From positions 195,300,001-195,364,000 of the forward strand of contig OZ024741.1 in NCBI GenBank assembly GCA_964016885.1: 64,000 bases of DNA, read 5' to 3'. The notes beneath the pieces are model-generated. The model ran no database searches. It saw only the letters and a list, made by a program, of their open reading frames with translations, and was not told the origin of the DNA. A program made the position numbers and the translations under genes. The stretch is from Eledone cirrhosa. Lineage: Eukaryota. Of the stretch, positions 1 through 13,839 are shown piece after piece (the stretch's first letter is position 1; every line of letters starts with the position of its first letter).

Positions 1-2075
1 GTCTGATGTTATCTGCCACCTTGAAGATCTCCAGGCTTTTGGTGATCCAAGAATGAGCCACCATGTCAAATGCCTTTTTGTAGTCTATCCATCCCATAGC
101 AAGACCAGTGTGTCTCCTCTTGCAATTCCTCATTACCATCTTATCAATAAGTAACTGGTCCTTTGTACCACGTGACTTCTTTCGGCATTCTTTCTGTTCG
201 TCCGGTAACAAGTTATTTGTATGGAGGTGATGGTAGATTTCCTCAGACATAATGCTTGTCAACAGTTTCCACATTACGGACAGACATGTGATAGGTCTAT
301 AGTTGGTAACATCATTACCCTTGGTTCGGTCTTTCATTATCAGAACTGTGGAACCTTTTGTCAACCACTCTGGTACCTCACCTGACATCAAGCAGTCATT
401 GAACATGGTTGTCAGTTTCGGGTGGAGGGATGTTATGTTTTTAATCCAATACCCCTGCACACCATCTGGGCCAGGTGATTTCCAGTTGGTTAGTTTTTTG
501 GCCTGCCCCTTAAGAGTTTCAACTGTGATACTCAAATCAGTTTGTTGGCGTGCCTGTTCACTGATCTCCTTCTGTACTGTCTTAATCCACACTGCCTGGT
601 CATTATGTTTAACATCCTGCTCCCATATTCCTCTCCAGAATGTCTTAGTTTGTTCCGCCTCAGGGATCAAGTCGTTGCCTCTTTCTTTCCCTTCAAGCTG
701 TCCAAACAGCATCTTCTGGTTGTTGTCGAACATGCGGTTCTGTCTATACTGACTGACTCTGTTCTCGTATCGCCTGATTTTTGCACTCTTTGCTACAATG
801 CGTTGCTTCAGTTCCTCTATGATAATATTTAGCTTTTTCCTCCTAGTTTTGTACTTTATTTCCAGTCTATTTTTAGTGTCTATGTTTTTTAGTGTCCCAT
901 TCAGTAGGGACTCAAGCTTTCTAATGTCATTTCTCATTTTCCTGATTTGACCACTCAGTCGTTTCTTCCACCAAGGCTCTGCTCTTTCTTGTCTGTTGTT
1001 TCCTCTCGCTTTTATACCAAGTAGTTTCCTCACCGTATTTGCTGTTGCTTTGAGGATCTTGTTGCAATGGTGAAGGCTCCTCGCCTCAAGGTATGGGATG
1101 ACTTTGTTTACCTTAGCTGTTGTTTCTTTTAACTTTTTCCTGTCTACAAATCTTAGGTTCATAGGTCTCCCACTATCATTGTTCAATTCATCTACCACTA
1201 AGTTTAGGATATCTACCAAATCTTGTCCTAGCCCGTCAGCATTCATCTCCTCAGTGGCCGTATCTCTGTTCTAGGTATTATTTATCTCAGCATTCAGATC
1301 ATTGTCTGTTTCGGGTGGTTCCTCCGTTCTCTCGACCTCTTCACCTTCATTTCCCACTGGCTCGTTTGCCTGGCATACTCCACCCTCTATCTCCAAGCTA
1401 ATCTCTCTGCCCAGTTCCTCCAGTTCCAGCTCGCTTATCCATCCATTAGTTCTTATTACTCGAGCCTGCCCGGCCAGTTTTTGTTCATCTAATTTAAATG
1501 GACCAATCTCGTTCCAGATGTTATGCATCCGTTTCCTATAGCCTTTCTCCTTGGGGTTACTCTTCAGGTAACATTGCATAACAGTTCTATTCAATTCTTT
1601 CGTCCAGTTGGTTCTGGTCCCTTTCCTTCTTCTTCTTCCTCCGACACCAGCAGTATTTGGTTGACAGCCAGGTCCCTGCTGCTGAGCCAGGGAGCACCTG
1701 TTGGGTGAGAGTCTGTCACATGACATTCTAGTCTCCATTTCACCGTTATTCGAACTGTTTAGGTTCAACATTTAAACACTCTTATCGAGGATTGGCGAAT
1801 GTATGGTTACATAACCACCGGTGAATTACTTGTCTCCGGTGGTTTCGTCACTCCACGTGACTTTTGTGTGGCATTATCACGCTGTAGACGAACCCAAACA
1901 AAGAAACAAACAAACAGGCAGAAAACCCCCCAAAAATGAATAAGCATAAGTTTCATTGTAATGTAGCGTTTGAATGTCTGACTTAGTTTTCCCCTTCCCT
2001 TCTCTGTCCGTCCGTTTGTTTTTGTCTTCATCTTTATTTCCTTTACGTTTTTCGTTGTTGCTGTGCTGCTTTGAT
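1..2075 (-). mobile_element. R4/Dong-like non-LTR retrotransposon copy 1 (5' UTR, N-terminus and start of RT; continues off the window edge)
   Basis: Closely similar to 5130-7205. Minus-strand translation gives KSPGPDGVQG and YRPITCLS RT-leader motifs. Its 5' end abuts (TTA)n at 2088-2108. Confidence 0.9.
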
Positions 2076-2087
2076 TTTTTTTATTTT

Positions 2088-3329
2088 TTATTATTATTAT
2101 TATTATTACAGTTGCATTTATCTTGCTTTATGTTCATACGAGTTATCACCAAGTCACAACCAGTGACCTCAAGATACAACAAGGACCGCCATGTTCAAGA
2201 AAGAACATACATACTCACACATGCATCTTTAGTGTTTAGACTTGTGATGTACTTATATTGACAGAATCTTCCTTAGTATATGGGCAGTTCCCATTAGTAC
2301 TATCTTTTCTATTTCTCCTATACGCGGGTTTCCTGGGATTTGCGATAAGTAATCATTAGACCCCTTAGGTATCATTCCCAGAGCGCCTACAACCACTGGT
2401 ATTGTTTTAGTTCTCAATTTCCACATTTTTCCAATTTCTATCTCCAGGTCCTTATACTTGCTCAATTTTTCAAATGTTTTTATAGATACATTCTTGTCTA
2501 TTGGAACAGACATATCAATTAGCAGGCATACCCTCTTTTGAAAGTCTTTCAATATTATATCAGGTCTGTTGCATCTATTTTTCGATCTGTTTGGATGCTA
2601 AAGTTCCACAAGATTGAGATGTGATCTTTTTCAAGTATGGGAGGTGGTTGATGCTCCCACCAATTCTTTTGATGGGGCAGGTCAAAATGCTTACACATTA
2701 TCCAATGTATGTATTGTGCAGCTCTGTCATGCCTGTTTAGGTATTCGGTTGGAGCTATAGGACTGCACATTGAAATTATATGGTCAATGGTCTCTGGTTG
2801 TTTTTTGCATACACGGCATAATGGGCTGCACCCATTTTTTATTATGTTGGCTTGGTAATTTTTTGTTGGCAGACACTGATCTTGTGCCGATATAATTAGT
2901 CCTTCAGTCTCCGATTTCAGTCCAGAGGATGCCAACCACTGATGGGTTAAAGTTTTGTCAACATCAGGATTGTTAGCTCGCTCTGGGTATTTTCCATACA
3001 GAGGCTTTTCTTGCCATTTCTTAGCCAGTTTCTGTAGCAGTTCTTTCTTTGCAGTTACTTTTACCTGCTTTGCTTTTTATGTGTTTTCCATTTCAGCAGT
3101 AAATGGGACTTCTGAAATTTGTAGTCCATTACTGTATCTTTGTGCATCTTTTGTAATGGAATATGATCTTTTGATGCTTTCGTGTTTCAAAACGAGTTTG
3201 ATCATCCAATCATGTGATTCCCTTAGATATGTAGATAATCCAATTGTTGCAGTTTTCAACGCAATGTCTAACTGGATTAACCCACGTCCTCCTTCTTTCC
3301 TAGGGAGATATATTCTATCTATATCTGCC
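2088..3329 (-). mobile_element. 3' fragment of a second R4/Dong-like family (zinc knuckle + REL endonuclease), frameshifted
   Basis: ORFs 2555-2935 (CRVC..HIISMC, RHD) and 2253-2552 (IDMSVP..EKLSKY..IPVVVGALG); (TAA)n tail on the minus strand at 2088-2108. Confidence 0.88.
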
Positions 3330-3390
<61 letters not shown>

Positions 3391-6300
3391 TGTTGTTATT
3401 ACTCTTTGAGTCTCAGTCATTGATGTTAGTTAACTGGAAAGTTTGTTGAAATGAATATCAAGCCACTACCTGCAGCCTCAGATATTCAGGACGTATCGGA
3501 GGGTTCTTGCTGTTCCCACCAAGCATGCCTTTTGAAGCGTTCCAAAAAGCGTGAAGGGGCCAATTTTCTTTAACCATCCCTGGAAACTTTTTGAGATAGT
3601 CCCTAGTGCGCCTATGACAATCGGGATCACTTTGGCTTCCTGGCGGTGCCAAATCATTTTTACCTCCCACTCTAAGTCCTGGTATCGGTTAATTTTCTCC
3701 CTCTCCTTCTCTTGCACTCTCGTGTCGAATGGGCAGGCCACATCCACAATCAGGCATGATCTTTTTTCTTTGTCCACAACCACCAGGTTAGGTCTATTGT
3801 GTTCCAGTTTCTTGTCCGTCTGTATCCTAAAATCCCACAGCACCTTCACCTGATCGTTTTCTATCACCGCCTCTGGCTTATGCTCATACCACTTCTCAGA
3901 ATGTGGTAAATTGTTTACTTTGCATAGGTGCCAGTGGATCACCCTGCCCATCACATCATGTCTCCAGCCCTTATAGTGAGTCTGGGCTAGGTGTTTACAC
4001 TCGGATACAATGTGAGCCACAGTCTCCTCTCTCTCTCCACAGATCCTGCACAGTGGGCTAGCCTCCTCCTTGTAAATATGGTGTTTCAACCACTTCTTTT
4101 GTGGGCCTGCTCCTGCGCAGCCATTAACATTCCTTCTGTAGCCTTTTTAAGGTCTCCTCTTTTCAACCAGTTCCATGTCTGTGGATCTCTAAATTCAGTT
4201 TTCTCAAAGAAGGTACTATGAAGGGATTTTTCCTGAAGGCTGCTCTTTCTCCTTGATGTTATTTCCTCCTTGAACATCCCCTGGCCTATTGTCCCCTCCT
4301 TCAGTACAGTTCTGAGCATTGGCTCCCTCCTATCAGTCACGTATTTGTGTAGGTTGTTTTTCTCCATCTGAACACAGTCCTCTATGCTGATAAGACCTCT
4401 TCCACCCTCAGATCTCCTTAAGTAGAGTCTATCGACATCACTCCTCTTGTGGAACATATTGTAGATAGTCAATAGCTTCCTAGTCTTCCTATCCATTTCT
4501 TTTTGTTCAGCAACATTCCATCTCAGAATTCCCGCAATGTACCTAATAATAGACACAGCTCGGGAATTTACTGCACTTATGGCATTCCTACTGTTCAGAT
4601 GTGACTTTAATACGCTCCTTACTCTCCGAATGTATTCAGTTCTTATCAATTCCTTCATTTTTTTGTTCTTGATGTCATCAGCCTCCAGAACGCACAAATA
4701 CTTGTATCCTTCTTCAGAGTCAATTTCCTTTATCATCTCACCTGTTGGTACCTGGATTCCGTTACTTCTGCTCAACTTACCCCTCTTCATCACAATGACT
4801 CCACACTTACTAATACCAAATTGCATACATATATCATTGCTGAAAATACGGACAGTGTCAACAAGCACATCCAACTCCTTCTCACTCTTCCCGAAGAGCT
4901 TAAGATCGTCCATGAAGAGGAGGTGATTGATGGTAAGCCCTCCCTTTCCAACCTGTATCCTGCTCTCACTTTTCGCAGTACACTGGTCAGGGGCATCAGG
5001 GCAAGGACAAACAACAGAGGGGACAGACTATCTCCCTGGAAGATACCTCTCTTGATCTTCACGCTTCCCAAGGATTCTCCAGTTGATGTTAACTCTGTTT
5101 CCCAGGACTTCATACTTTTGCCCAACAACTGTCTGATGTTATCTGCCACCTTGAAGATCTCCAGGCTTTTGGTGATCCAAGAATGAGGCACCATGTCAAA
5201 TGCCTTTTTGTAGTCTATCCATCCATGGCAAGGCCAGTGTGTCTCCTCTTGCAATTCCTCATTACTATCTTATCAATAAGTAACTGGTCCTTTGTACCAC
5301 GTGACTTCTTTCGGCATCCTTCTGTTCGTCCGGTAACAAGTTGTTTGTGTGGAGGTGATGGCAGATTTCCTCAGACATAATGCTTGTCAACAGTTTCCAC
5401 ATTACGGACAGACATGTGATAGGTCTATAGTTGGTAACATCATTACCCTTGATTCGGTCTTTCATTATCAGAACTGTGGTACCTTTTGTAAACCACACTG
5501 GTACCTCACCTGACATCAAGCAGTCATTGAACATGGTTGTCAGTTTCGGGTGGAGCGATGTTATATTTTTAATACAATACCCCTGCACACCATCTGGGCC
5601 AGGTGATTTCCAGTTGGTTAGTTCTTTGGCCTGCCCCTTAAGAGTTTCAACTGTGATACTCAAATCAGTTTGTTGGTGTGCCTGTTCACTAATGTCTTTC
5701 TGTACTGTCTCAATCCACACTGCCTGGTCATTATGTTTAACATCCTGCTCCCATATTCCTATCCAGAATGTTTTAGTTTGTTCCGCCTCAGGGATCAAGT
5801 CGTTGCCTCTTTCTTTCCCTTCAAGCTGTCCAAACAGCATCTTCTGGTTGTTGTCGAACATGCGGTTCTGTCTATACTGACTGACTCTGTTCTCGTATCG
5901 CCTGATTTTTGCACTCTTTGCTACAATGCGTTGCTTCAGTTCCTCTATGATAATATTTAGCTTTTTCCTCCTAGTTTTGTACTTTATTTCCAGTCTATTT
6001 TTAGTGTCCTTGTTTTTTAGTGTCCCATTCAGTAGGGACTCAAGCTTTCCAATGTCATTTCTCATTTTCCTGATTTGACCACTCAGTCGTTTCTTCCACC
6101 AAGGCTCTGCTCTTTCTTGTCTGTTGTTTCCTCTCGCTTTTATACCAAGTAGTTTCCTCACCGTATTTGCTGTTGCTTTGAGGATATTGTTGCACTGGTG
6201 AAGGCTCCTCGCCTCAAGGTATGGGATGACTTTGTTTACCTTAGCTGTTGTTTCTTTTAACTTTTTCCTGTCTACAAATCTTAGGTTCATAGGTTTCCCA

Positions 6301-7205
6301 CTATCATTGTTCAATTCATCTACCACTAAGTTTAGGATATCAACCAAATCTTGTCCTAGCCCGTCAGCATTCATCGCCTCAGTGGCCGTATCTCTGTTCC
6401 AGGTATTATTTATCTCAGCATTCAGATCATTGTCTGCTTCGGGTGGTTCCTCCGTTCTCTCGACCTCTTCACCTTCATTTCCCACTGGCTCATTTGTTTG
6501 GCATACTCCACTCTCCATCTCCAAGCTAATCTCTCTGTTCAGTTCCTCCAGTTCCAGCTCGCTTATCCACCCATTAGTTCTTATTACCTGAGCCTGCCCG
6601 GCCAATTTCTGATCATCTAATTAAATAGACCAATCTCGTTCCAGATGTTATGCATCCGTTTCCTATAGCCTTTCTCCTTGGGGTTACTCTTCAGGTAACA
6701 TTGCATAACAGTTCTATTCAATTCTTTCGTCCAGTTGGTTCTGGTCCCTTTCCTTCTTCTTCTTCCTCCGACACCAGCAGTATTTGGTTGACAGCCAGGT
6801 CCCTGCTGCTGAGCCAGGGAGCACCTGCTGGGTGAGAGTCTGTCACATGACATTCTAGTTTCCATTTCACCGTTATTCGAACTGTTTAGGTTCGACATTT
6901 AAACACTCTTATCGAGGATTGGCGAATGTATGGTTACATAACCACCGGTGAATTCATCGCCTCCGGTGGTTTCGTCACTCCACGTGATTTTTGTGTGGCA
7001 TTATCACGCTGTAGACGAACATAAATAAACAAAAAAACAAACAGGCAAAAAAAAAAACCAAAAATGAATAAGCATAAGTTTCATTGTAATGTAGTGTTTG
7101 AATGTCTGACTTAGTTTTTCCCTTCCCTTCTCTGTCCGTCTGTTTGCTTTTCTCTTCATTTTTATTTTCTTTACGTTTTTCGTTGTTGCTGTGCTGCTTT
7201 GATTT
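3330..7205 (-). mobile_element. Near full-length R4/Dong-like LINE copy 2 (single ORF RT-CCHC-REL broken by frameshifts)
   Basis: ORFs 6617-6898, 5265-6605, 4790-5254 (DYKKAFD, GIFQGDSLSPLLF), 4086-4913 (MDDLKL, YKYL) and 3478-4089 (CRICGEREETVAHIVSEC, RHD, RPN..VD..P..EK..RY); (TAA)n tail at 3330-3400. Confidence 0.93.
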
Positions 7206-8047
7206 TGATTTTTTTTTTTTTGATTTTGACCGGGTCATCAATTCAGTCTATTTATATATTTTGATGCCTTCCTCTTTTAGTGGGGATTCTACAATGTAGC
7301 AGGGGGTAGCGGGAGAGAATAGCGGCGGTAGTGATAATGAGGCAGTGGTGGTGGTGGTGGTGGCGGTGCTGTGCTAGCAGCAACTAGCAGGAGGTAGTGG
7401 TAGAGAATAGCGGCGGTAGCGATAATGAGGCAGTGGTGGTGGTGATGTGATCGTATTACTGTAGTGATGGTGTTGAAGTTGGAGTAGAAATAGCGGTTGA
7501 GTCGACTTGACCAGAGTTTTCATCGTGGTAGTGGTGGTGGTGTTGGTGGTGAAATTATCTTAAGTTATTTAGTCATTTTGTCATTTTCCTCCTTTTCGAC
7601 TCTAACATTCCTGATCCAAAATTTAATATTAGTCTTGTTTATTAATATTGTCTAGTGATACCGCCATCTTCCCCTTTCGTAAGTTAACAGAAGTTAATGG
7701 GGGGATAGCGGTGGTAGCAATGAAGGAGTGGTGGCGGCGGTGATGGGATAGTGGTAGTAATGATGGATGGGCGGCGGCGGCGGTGACTGTAGTGATGGCG
7801 TTGAATAGGCTGTATTTTTGTTTGATCGGTGAATCTATGGGGTTAGTCGCGTATATGTGTTGACATATTCTCTTAATATTAAGAATTGTTATTGTACTAA
7901 GAATTGTTATTTCACAATTGATTTAAATATGTTAAAAATCAAAACTTACGAGAGCGATTTCACGACCTTCTATCCACCATGTGCGTCTTCTTCCCTTTTA
8001 TTATTATTATTATTATTATTACTATTGTTCTTTGAGTCTCAGTCATT

Positions 8048-8900
8048 AGGGAAACTCTAGGCGAAGACGAAAATCAACTAGCCAATCTCTTCGGAAGAAC
8101 TTTCGGGCCGGGGCCTATGGACAACTTCCAGAAAACCCTGGCCTCGCAGTGCTACCGAGGAGCTTTGCCAGTTCGGGATAAACTCTACAGGCATGGAGGT
8201 GCCGTCAGCCGGGCATGTCCGAGATGCGCGCAGGGCGACGAAACCGTCCTGCACGCACTCGTCCAGTGTCCGAAAATTGCTGACTTGTGGGTTTATGTCG
8301 AACACCTGCTGTCGCGTGTAGGACGGATCCGGCTATCATCTGCGTCCATCGTGAGGATTGCCCCGCCCTTCTCCTTTAGCCGGGAAGGGCAGGCAGTTTT
8401 TATCTGTCTGGTGGCCATGGCGAAAGAGATAGTATGGTGGACACGTTTGAAAGGGCTGAAGACGAGCACTTACCTCTTCGGTGATGCCCTGATTAACTTT
8501 TTCAAATTTCATTTGAAAAGAAAATCAGAGTAGAGAGGGAAGTGCTCTCTTCCCAGCATTTTGTTGAAAGATGGGTGAGAGAAGCAAGAATGGCCCGAGT
8601 GAATGGGCCTACTCTGAGTACGTATCTGTAAATTAAAGGTGGAAAACTGGGAGAGGGCACTTGCCTTGGTGGTCAGGGTCACTGTGGCCTTTGACTGGGC
8701 TTTCTCCACAAATGTCCCTCCGAAGTCTCCCCGCTATTGGGGAATTTTATCATTGTTATTTTTTGTTACATCCTCTGTTTTTGTTTTTACACGCAGAAAT
8801 GCCCATTTGTACCGTCCTGTATTGTCCTGCACTGTCCTTAATGTCTACTTTATGTAAACCCTTGTGGTTAATAAAGAAATCATTATTATTATTATTATTA
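8048..8900 (+). mobile_element. 5'-truncated L1/Tx1-like LINE (C-terminal zf-RVT region and 3' UTR) with long TSD
   Basis: ORF 8117-8533 (LPVRDKL, CPRC..ETVLHALVQC); AATAAA plus (ATT)n tail; the flank (tta)n-ctattgttctttgagtctcagtcatt occurs at about 8000-8047 and 8884-8926. Confidence 0.88.
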
Positions 8901-10170
8901 CTATTGTTCTTTGAGTCTCAGTCATTGATGATATTTAACTGGAAAGTTTGTTGAAATGAATATCAAGCCGCTACCTGCAGCCTCAGATATTCAGGACGTA
9001 TCGGAGGGTTCTTGCTGTTCCCAGCAAGCATGCTTTTTGAAGTGTTCCAAAAAGCGGGGCTGGACTAATCTTCTTTAACCATCCTTGGAAACTCTTTGAG
9101 AGAGTACCTAGTGCGCCTATGCTAATCGGGACGACCTTGATTTCATGGCAGTTCCAAATCCTTTTTAACTCCCACTTTAAGTCCTGGTATCGGTTAATCT
9201 TCTCCATCTCCTTTTCTTGCACTCTCGTGTCAAATGGGAAGGCTATATGTACAATCAGGCATGATCTTTTCCCCTTGTCCAAAACCACCAGGTCAGGCCT
9301 ATTGTCTTCTAATTTCTTGTCCGTCTGTATCCTAAAATCCCATAGCACCTTCACCTGATCGTTTTCTATCACCGACTCTGGCTTATGCTCATACCACTTC
9401 TCAGAATGTGGTAAATTGTTTACTTTGCATAGATGCCAGTGGATCACCCTGCCTATCACATCATGTCCCCAGCCTTTATAGTGAGTCTGGGCTAGATGTT
9501 TACACTCGGATACAATGTTGGCCACAGTCTCCTCTCTCTCTCCACAGGTTCTATACAGTGAGCTAGCCTCCTCCTTGTAAATATGGTGTTTCACCCACTT
9601 CGTTCTGAGGGCTTGCTATTGCGCAGCCATGAGGATTCTTTCTGTAGCTTTTTTAAGATCTCCTCTTTTTAACCAGTTCCATGTCTGTGGATCTCTAAAT
9701 TTCGTTTTCTTAAAGAAGGTGCTATGAAGAGTTTTTTCTTGAAGGTTGCTCTTCCTCCTTGTTGTTATTTCCTCCTTGGACATCCTTGGTCCATTGTCTT
9801 CTCCTTCAGTAGAATTTTGAGCATTGGTTCCCTACTGTCAGCCACATATTTGTGTAAGTTGTTTTTCTCCATCTGAATACAATCATCTATGCTGATAAAA
9901 CTTCTTCCACCTTCAGATCTCCTTAAGTAGAGTCTATCGACATCACTCCTCTTGTGGAACATATTGTAGATAGTCAATAGCTTCCTAGTCTCCCTATCTA
10001 TTTCTTTTGGTTCAGCAACATTCCATTTCAGAATTCCCGCACTGTACCTAATAATAGACACAGCTCGGGATTTCACTACACTTATGACATTCCTACTGTT
10101 CAGAAGAGACTGTAATACGTTCCTTACTCTCCTTATGTACTCAGATCTTATCAATTCCTTCATTTTTTTG
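8901..10170 (-). mobile_element. R4/Dong-like LINE copy 3, 5'-truncated
   Basis: ORFs 8983-9594 and 9765-10163 are homologous to copy 2 and share its 3' UTR. Confidence 0.9.
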
Positions 10171-10184
10171 TTATTATTATGATG

Positions 10185-11430
10185 AGGGGCGCCCTACGCG
10201 AACTAGTATGCGGGAAATCCGAGTCGGCTTACGCCGACGACATCACCGTGGTGGTATCGAGCACCAGACACGTCCAGATGATCGCACCGCTCTCAAGGAA
10301 TACGAAGCGGTGACAGGAGCAAAGATAAACCAGGAAAAGTCGGTGGGCTTGCAGCTCGGCACCTGGAGAGGCAAATCCATGCCGTCCGACAGCATCGTGG
10401 GGCGTTGGACGGAGGGACCGGTTAAATTGCTCGGGGTCTGGTTCGGACCGGACCTCCAGATGGAGAAACACTGGAGCGAGGTGACGAGCAAGGTGGCCTC
10501 CCTCACCCAGAAATGGGCCGAGAGGAAGCTGTCCCTTAAAGGCCGGGCGGAATTGGCGAATGCGTACATCACATCCATTATCTGCTACCGCCGCCTCACC
10601 GTCGTCCCTTATCCTGGCCCAACTCTCACCAAAATGGAGCGCCTCCTCTTCCGCTTTTTGTGGAAGGGACGCGCTCGCTCCCATGGTCAGACGATCCATC
10701 TGCTGTCAACACCCGTTGCGTGGAGGACTGGGCATGCCATGGCTGACGATGCGCAAACAGGCGCTGAAGCTGCGACATCTCTGGTGCTTCCTTGACGGTG
10801 AACAGGTGTGGTTGCCGTTCGCCAGGCACGTTTTCCCACAGCTCGTCTCCTTGACGGAGCTGCAGTCCTGGGTCAGGAAAAGACCGAGGGATAGCGCTTG
10901 GAGACTGGAATGTATCCAGGCACTCAACGCTCTCTGCCAGCTGGGCACCAGTATCGGTGGAACATCCACCTCGGCGTTCTATAGAGGACTAGTGGAGGGG
11001 AAGAACGACGACGTTCTCGGAGAGATCCTGGGCGTCGAAGAAGATCAGCTGTTTGCTCTCTTCCGGAGAATTTTCAGCCCAGGGCCTATGGATAACTTCC
11101 AGAAATCCCTGGCATGGCAGTGCTACCGGGGAGCATTGCCTGTTCGAGATAAGCTCTACAGGCACCTAGGAAGGTTTCCCCCCTATTGGGGAATTTTTCA
11201 TTGTTTCAATTTCCATTTTTATTGTTTATATGTATATATGTTTCTATGTCTTTTTCTTTTTCTTTTCTTATATAAATAATAAAAATCTTCACACGAACAA
11301 AACCCACATCGTACCGTCCTGTACCGCCCTGTGCCGTCTGTAATGTTTTTCTTGATGTCAGCCCTTGTGGCCAATAAAGAAATCATTATTATTATTATTA
11401 TTATTATTACTATTATTATTATTATTATTA
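10185..11430 (+). mobile_element. L1/Tx1-like LINE 3' fragment with an internal deletion near 11165
   Basis: YADD (tacgccgacgac at 10230), KLLGVWFG, LSLKGRAE, GGLGMP and LPVRDKL motifs; AATAAA then (ATT)n at 11373-11430. Confidence 0.88.
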
Positions 11431-11431
11431 T

Positions 11432-11584
11432 TTGTATTATGAATTCAAATTGATTTCATCATGTATCACAATTGAAGAATGAATTGAATTTAGAATAATA
11501 AATTTCTATGCAACATATTTTGCTTTTTTCTTCTAATGTATAAGGAACAATTTCGTCCCGGGCAACGCCGGGCGCCTCTGCTAG
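11432..11584 (+). mobile_element. Helitron-like 3' terminus
   Basis: GC hairpin cccgg-gcaacg-ccggg (11557-11572) followed by ..ctgCTAG|t; same signature as 36212-36240. Confidence 0.6.
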
Positions 11585-12460
<876 letters not shown>

Positions 12461-12494
12461 TAAGAACAAAAGATGGTTAAAAGAGTTCCATGTA

Positions 12495-12561
12495 TTTTAT
12501 TATGCGCATTTCAAAAATAAATATCATCATGCAATAATATTTGTGTTTTCATCAGATAAAA
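12495..12561 (-). ncRNA. Minimal type I hammerhead ribozyme in the Penelope pLTR
   Basis: Reverse complement reads ttttat-CTGATGA-[stem II]-GAAA-tgcgca-TA-ataaaa. Confidence 0.82.
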
Positions 12562-12850
12562 CAGGAGGACATGATATGAAGGTTAAAAAACACTTGTGGA
12601 TAGTTCAGTTTTAAATCAACATATGAGAAGTAGTTTTTGATTGATGTGTGATATTGGGAAAAATATCTTATTTAGAGGGGGGGGAGAAGGAGATGAGAGT
12701 GAAGGTGGAGAGGGAGGAGTGTAATGAGGAAGGATGAGATAGGAGGAGAGATGGGTGATAGAGAGAGAGAGATAGCTTTTATAACTGAGAAAGATATATT
12801 GTTTTATATAGAGAGGTTGAAAACCGTTGGAAGATAATGTATAAATTAAA

Positions 12851-13730
12851 AGAATTTGAAAATTAACGAAGAGAAAAATAATGTAAAGTTAAGGTTTGTA
12901 TATTGAGGGGTTTGATAATAGGTGCGAAGAAAAAGAAAGAGTTAATATGTATTGAGAATAATGAGTTAGATGAAAGGGAGAAAGAATAATGAATTGAGGA
13001 TGAATAATCTAACGTCAAAAAAAATGTATATGTTTACGAAGGATTTTTACAAGGTGATATAGAGTAAGAATGTGTTGTATTATGTAATAATTGATTCTAT
13101 GGTAGGCAAGAGTGAGAAAAGGTACAGATTAGGGGTTAGATATGTAGAAAGAGTAAACAAGTATTATAGAATTTGAAAATTAACGAAGAGAAAATAATGT
13201 AAAGTTAAGGTTTGTATATTGAAGGGTTTGATAATATGTGCGAAGAAAAAGAAAATGTTAATATGTATTGAGAATAATGAGTTAGATGAAAGGGAGAAAA
13301 GAATAAAGAATTGAGGAGGAATAATCTAACGTAAAAAAAAATGTATATGTTTACGAAGGATTTTACAAGGTGATATAGAGTAAGAATGTGTTGTATTATG
13401 TAATAATTGATTCTATGGTAGGCAAGAGTGAGAAAAGGTACAGATTAGGGGTTAGATATGTAGAAAGAGTAAACAAGTATTATAGAATTTGAAAATTAAC
13501 AAAGAGAAAAATAATGTAAAGTTAAGGTTTGTATATTGAAGGGTTTGATAATATGTGCGAAGAAAAAGAAAATGTTAATATGTATTGAGAATAATGAGTT
13601 AGATGAAAGGGAGAAAGAATAATGAATTGAGGATGAATAATCTAACGTCAAAAAAAATGTATATGTTTACGAAGGATTTTTACAAGGTGATATAGAGTAA
13701 GAGTAATGAGTAAACAAGTATTATAGAATG
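12851..13730. repeat. About 317-bp tandem repeat (~2.7 copies) in the Penelope 3' UTR
   Basis: agaatttgaaaattaac recurs at about 12851, 13168 and 13484 with colinear downstream sequence. Confidence 0.9.
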
Positions 13731-13839
13731 TATAATAACCTTTGAAATAAGGTAGAAAGATGGGTATATTTTTAAAAGAAGTGTATATATATGTGCCTTT
13801 GAGAAAAATTCTAAATTGATAAAGAATTGAATATTAGCT

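Noticed and set aside
1805-1865. Hammerhead-like fold in the Dong 5' UTR (minus strand gtcac..gtgac-GAAA-ccaccgg..ccggtgg-TT; also 6933-6990)
   Set aside because: No CUGANGA precedes the first hairpin (cacaaaa instead) and there is no convincing stem I; treated as two adjacent hairpins.
303-6591. Plus-strand ORFs over the Dong elements (similarly antisense ORFs over Gypsy and Tx1)
   Set aside because: They are antisense shadows of the real retrotransposon frames.
7300-7800. GGT-rich region with ~90-bp duplications
   Set aside because: Low-complexity sequence with no ORF or element boundaries I can support.
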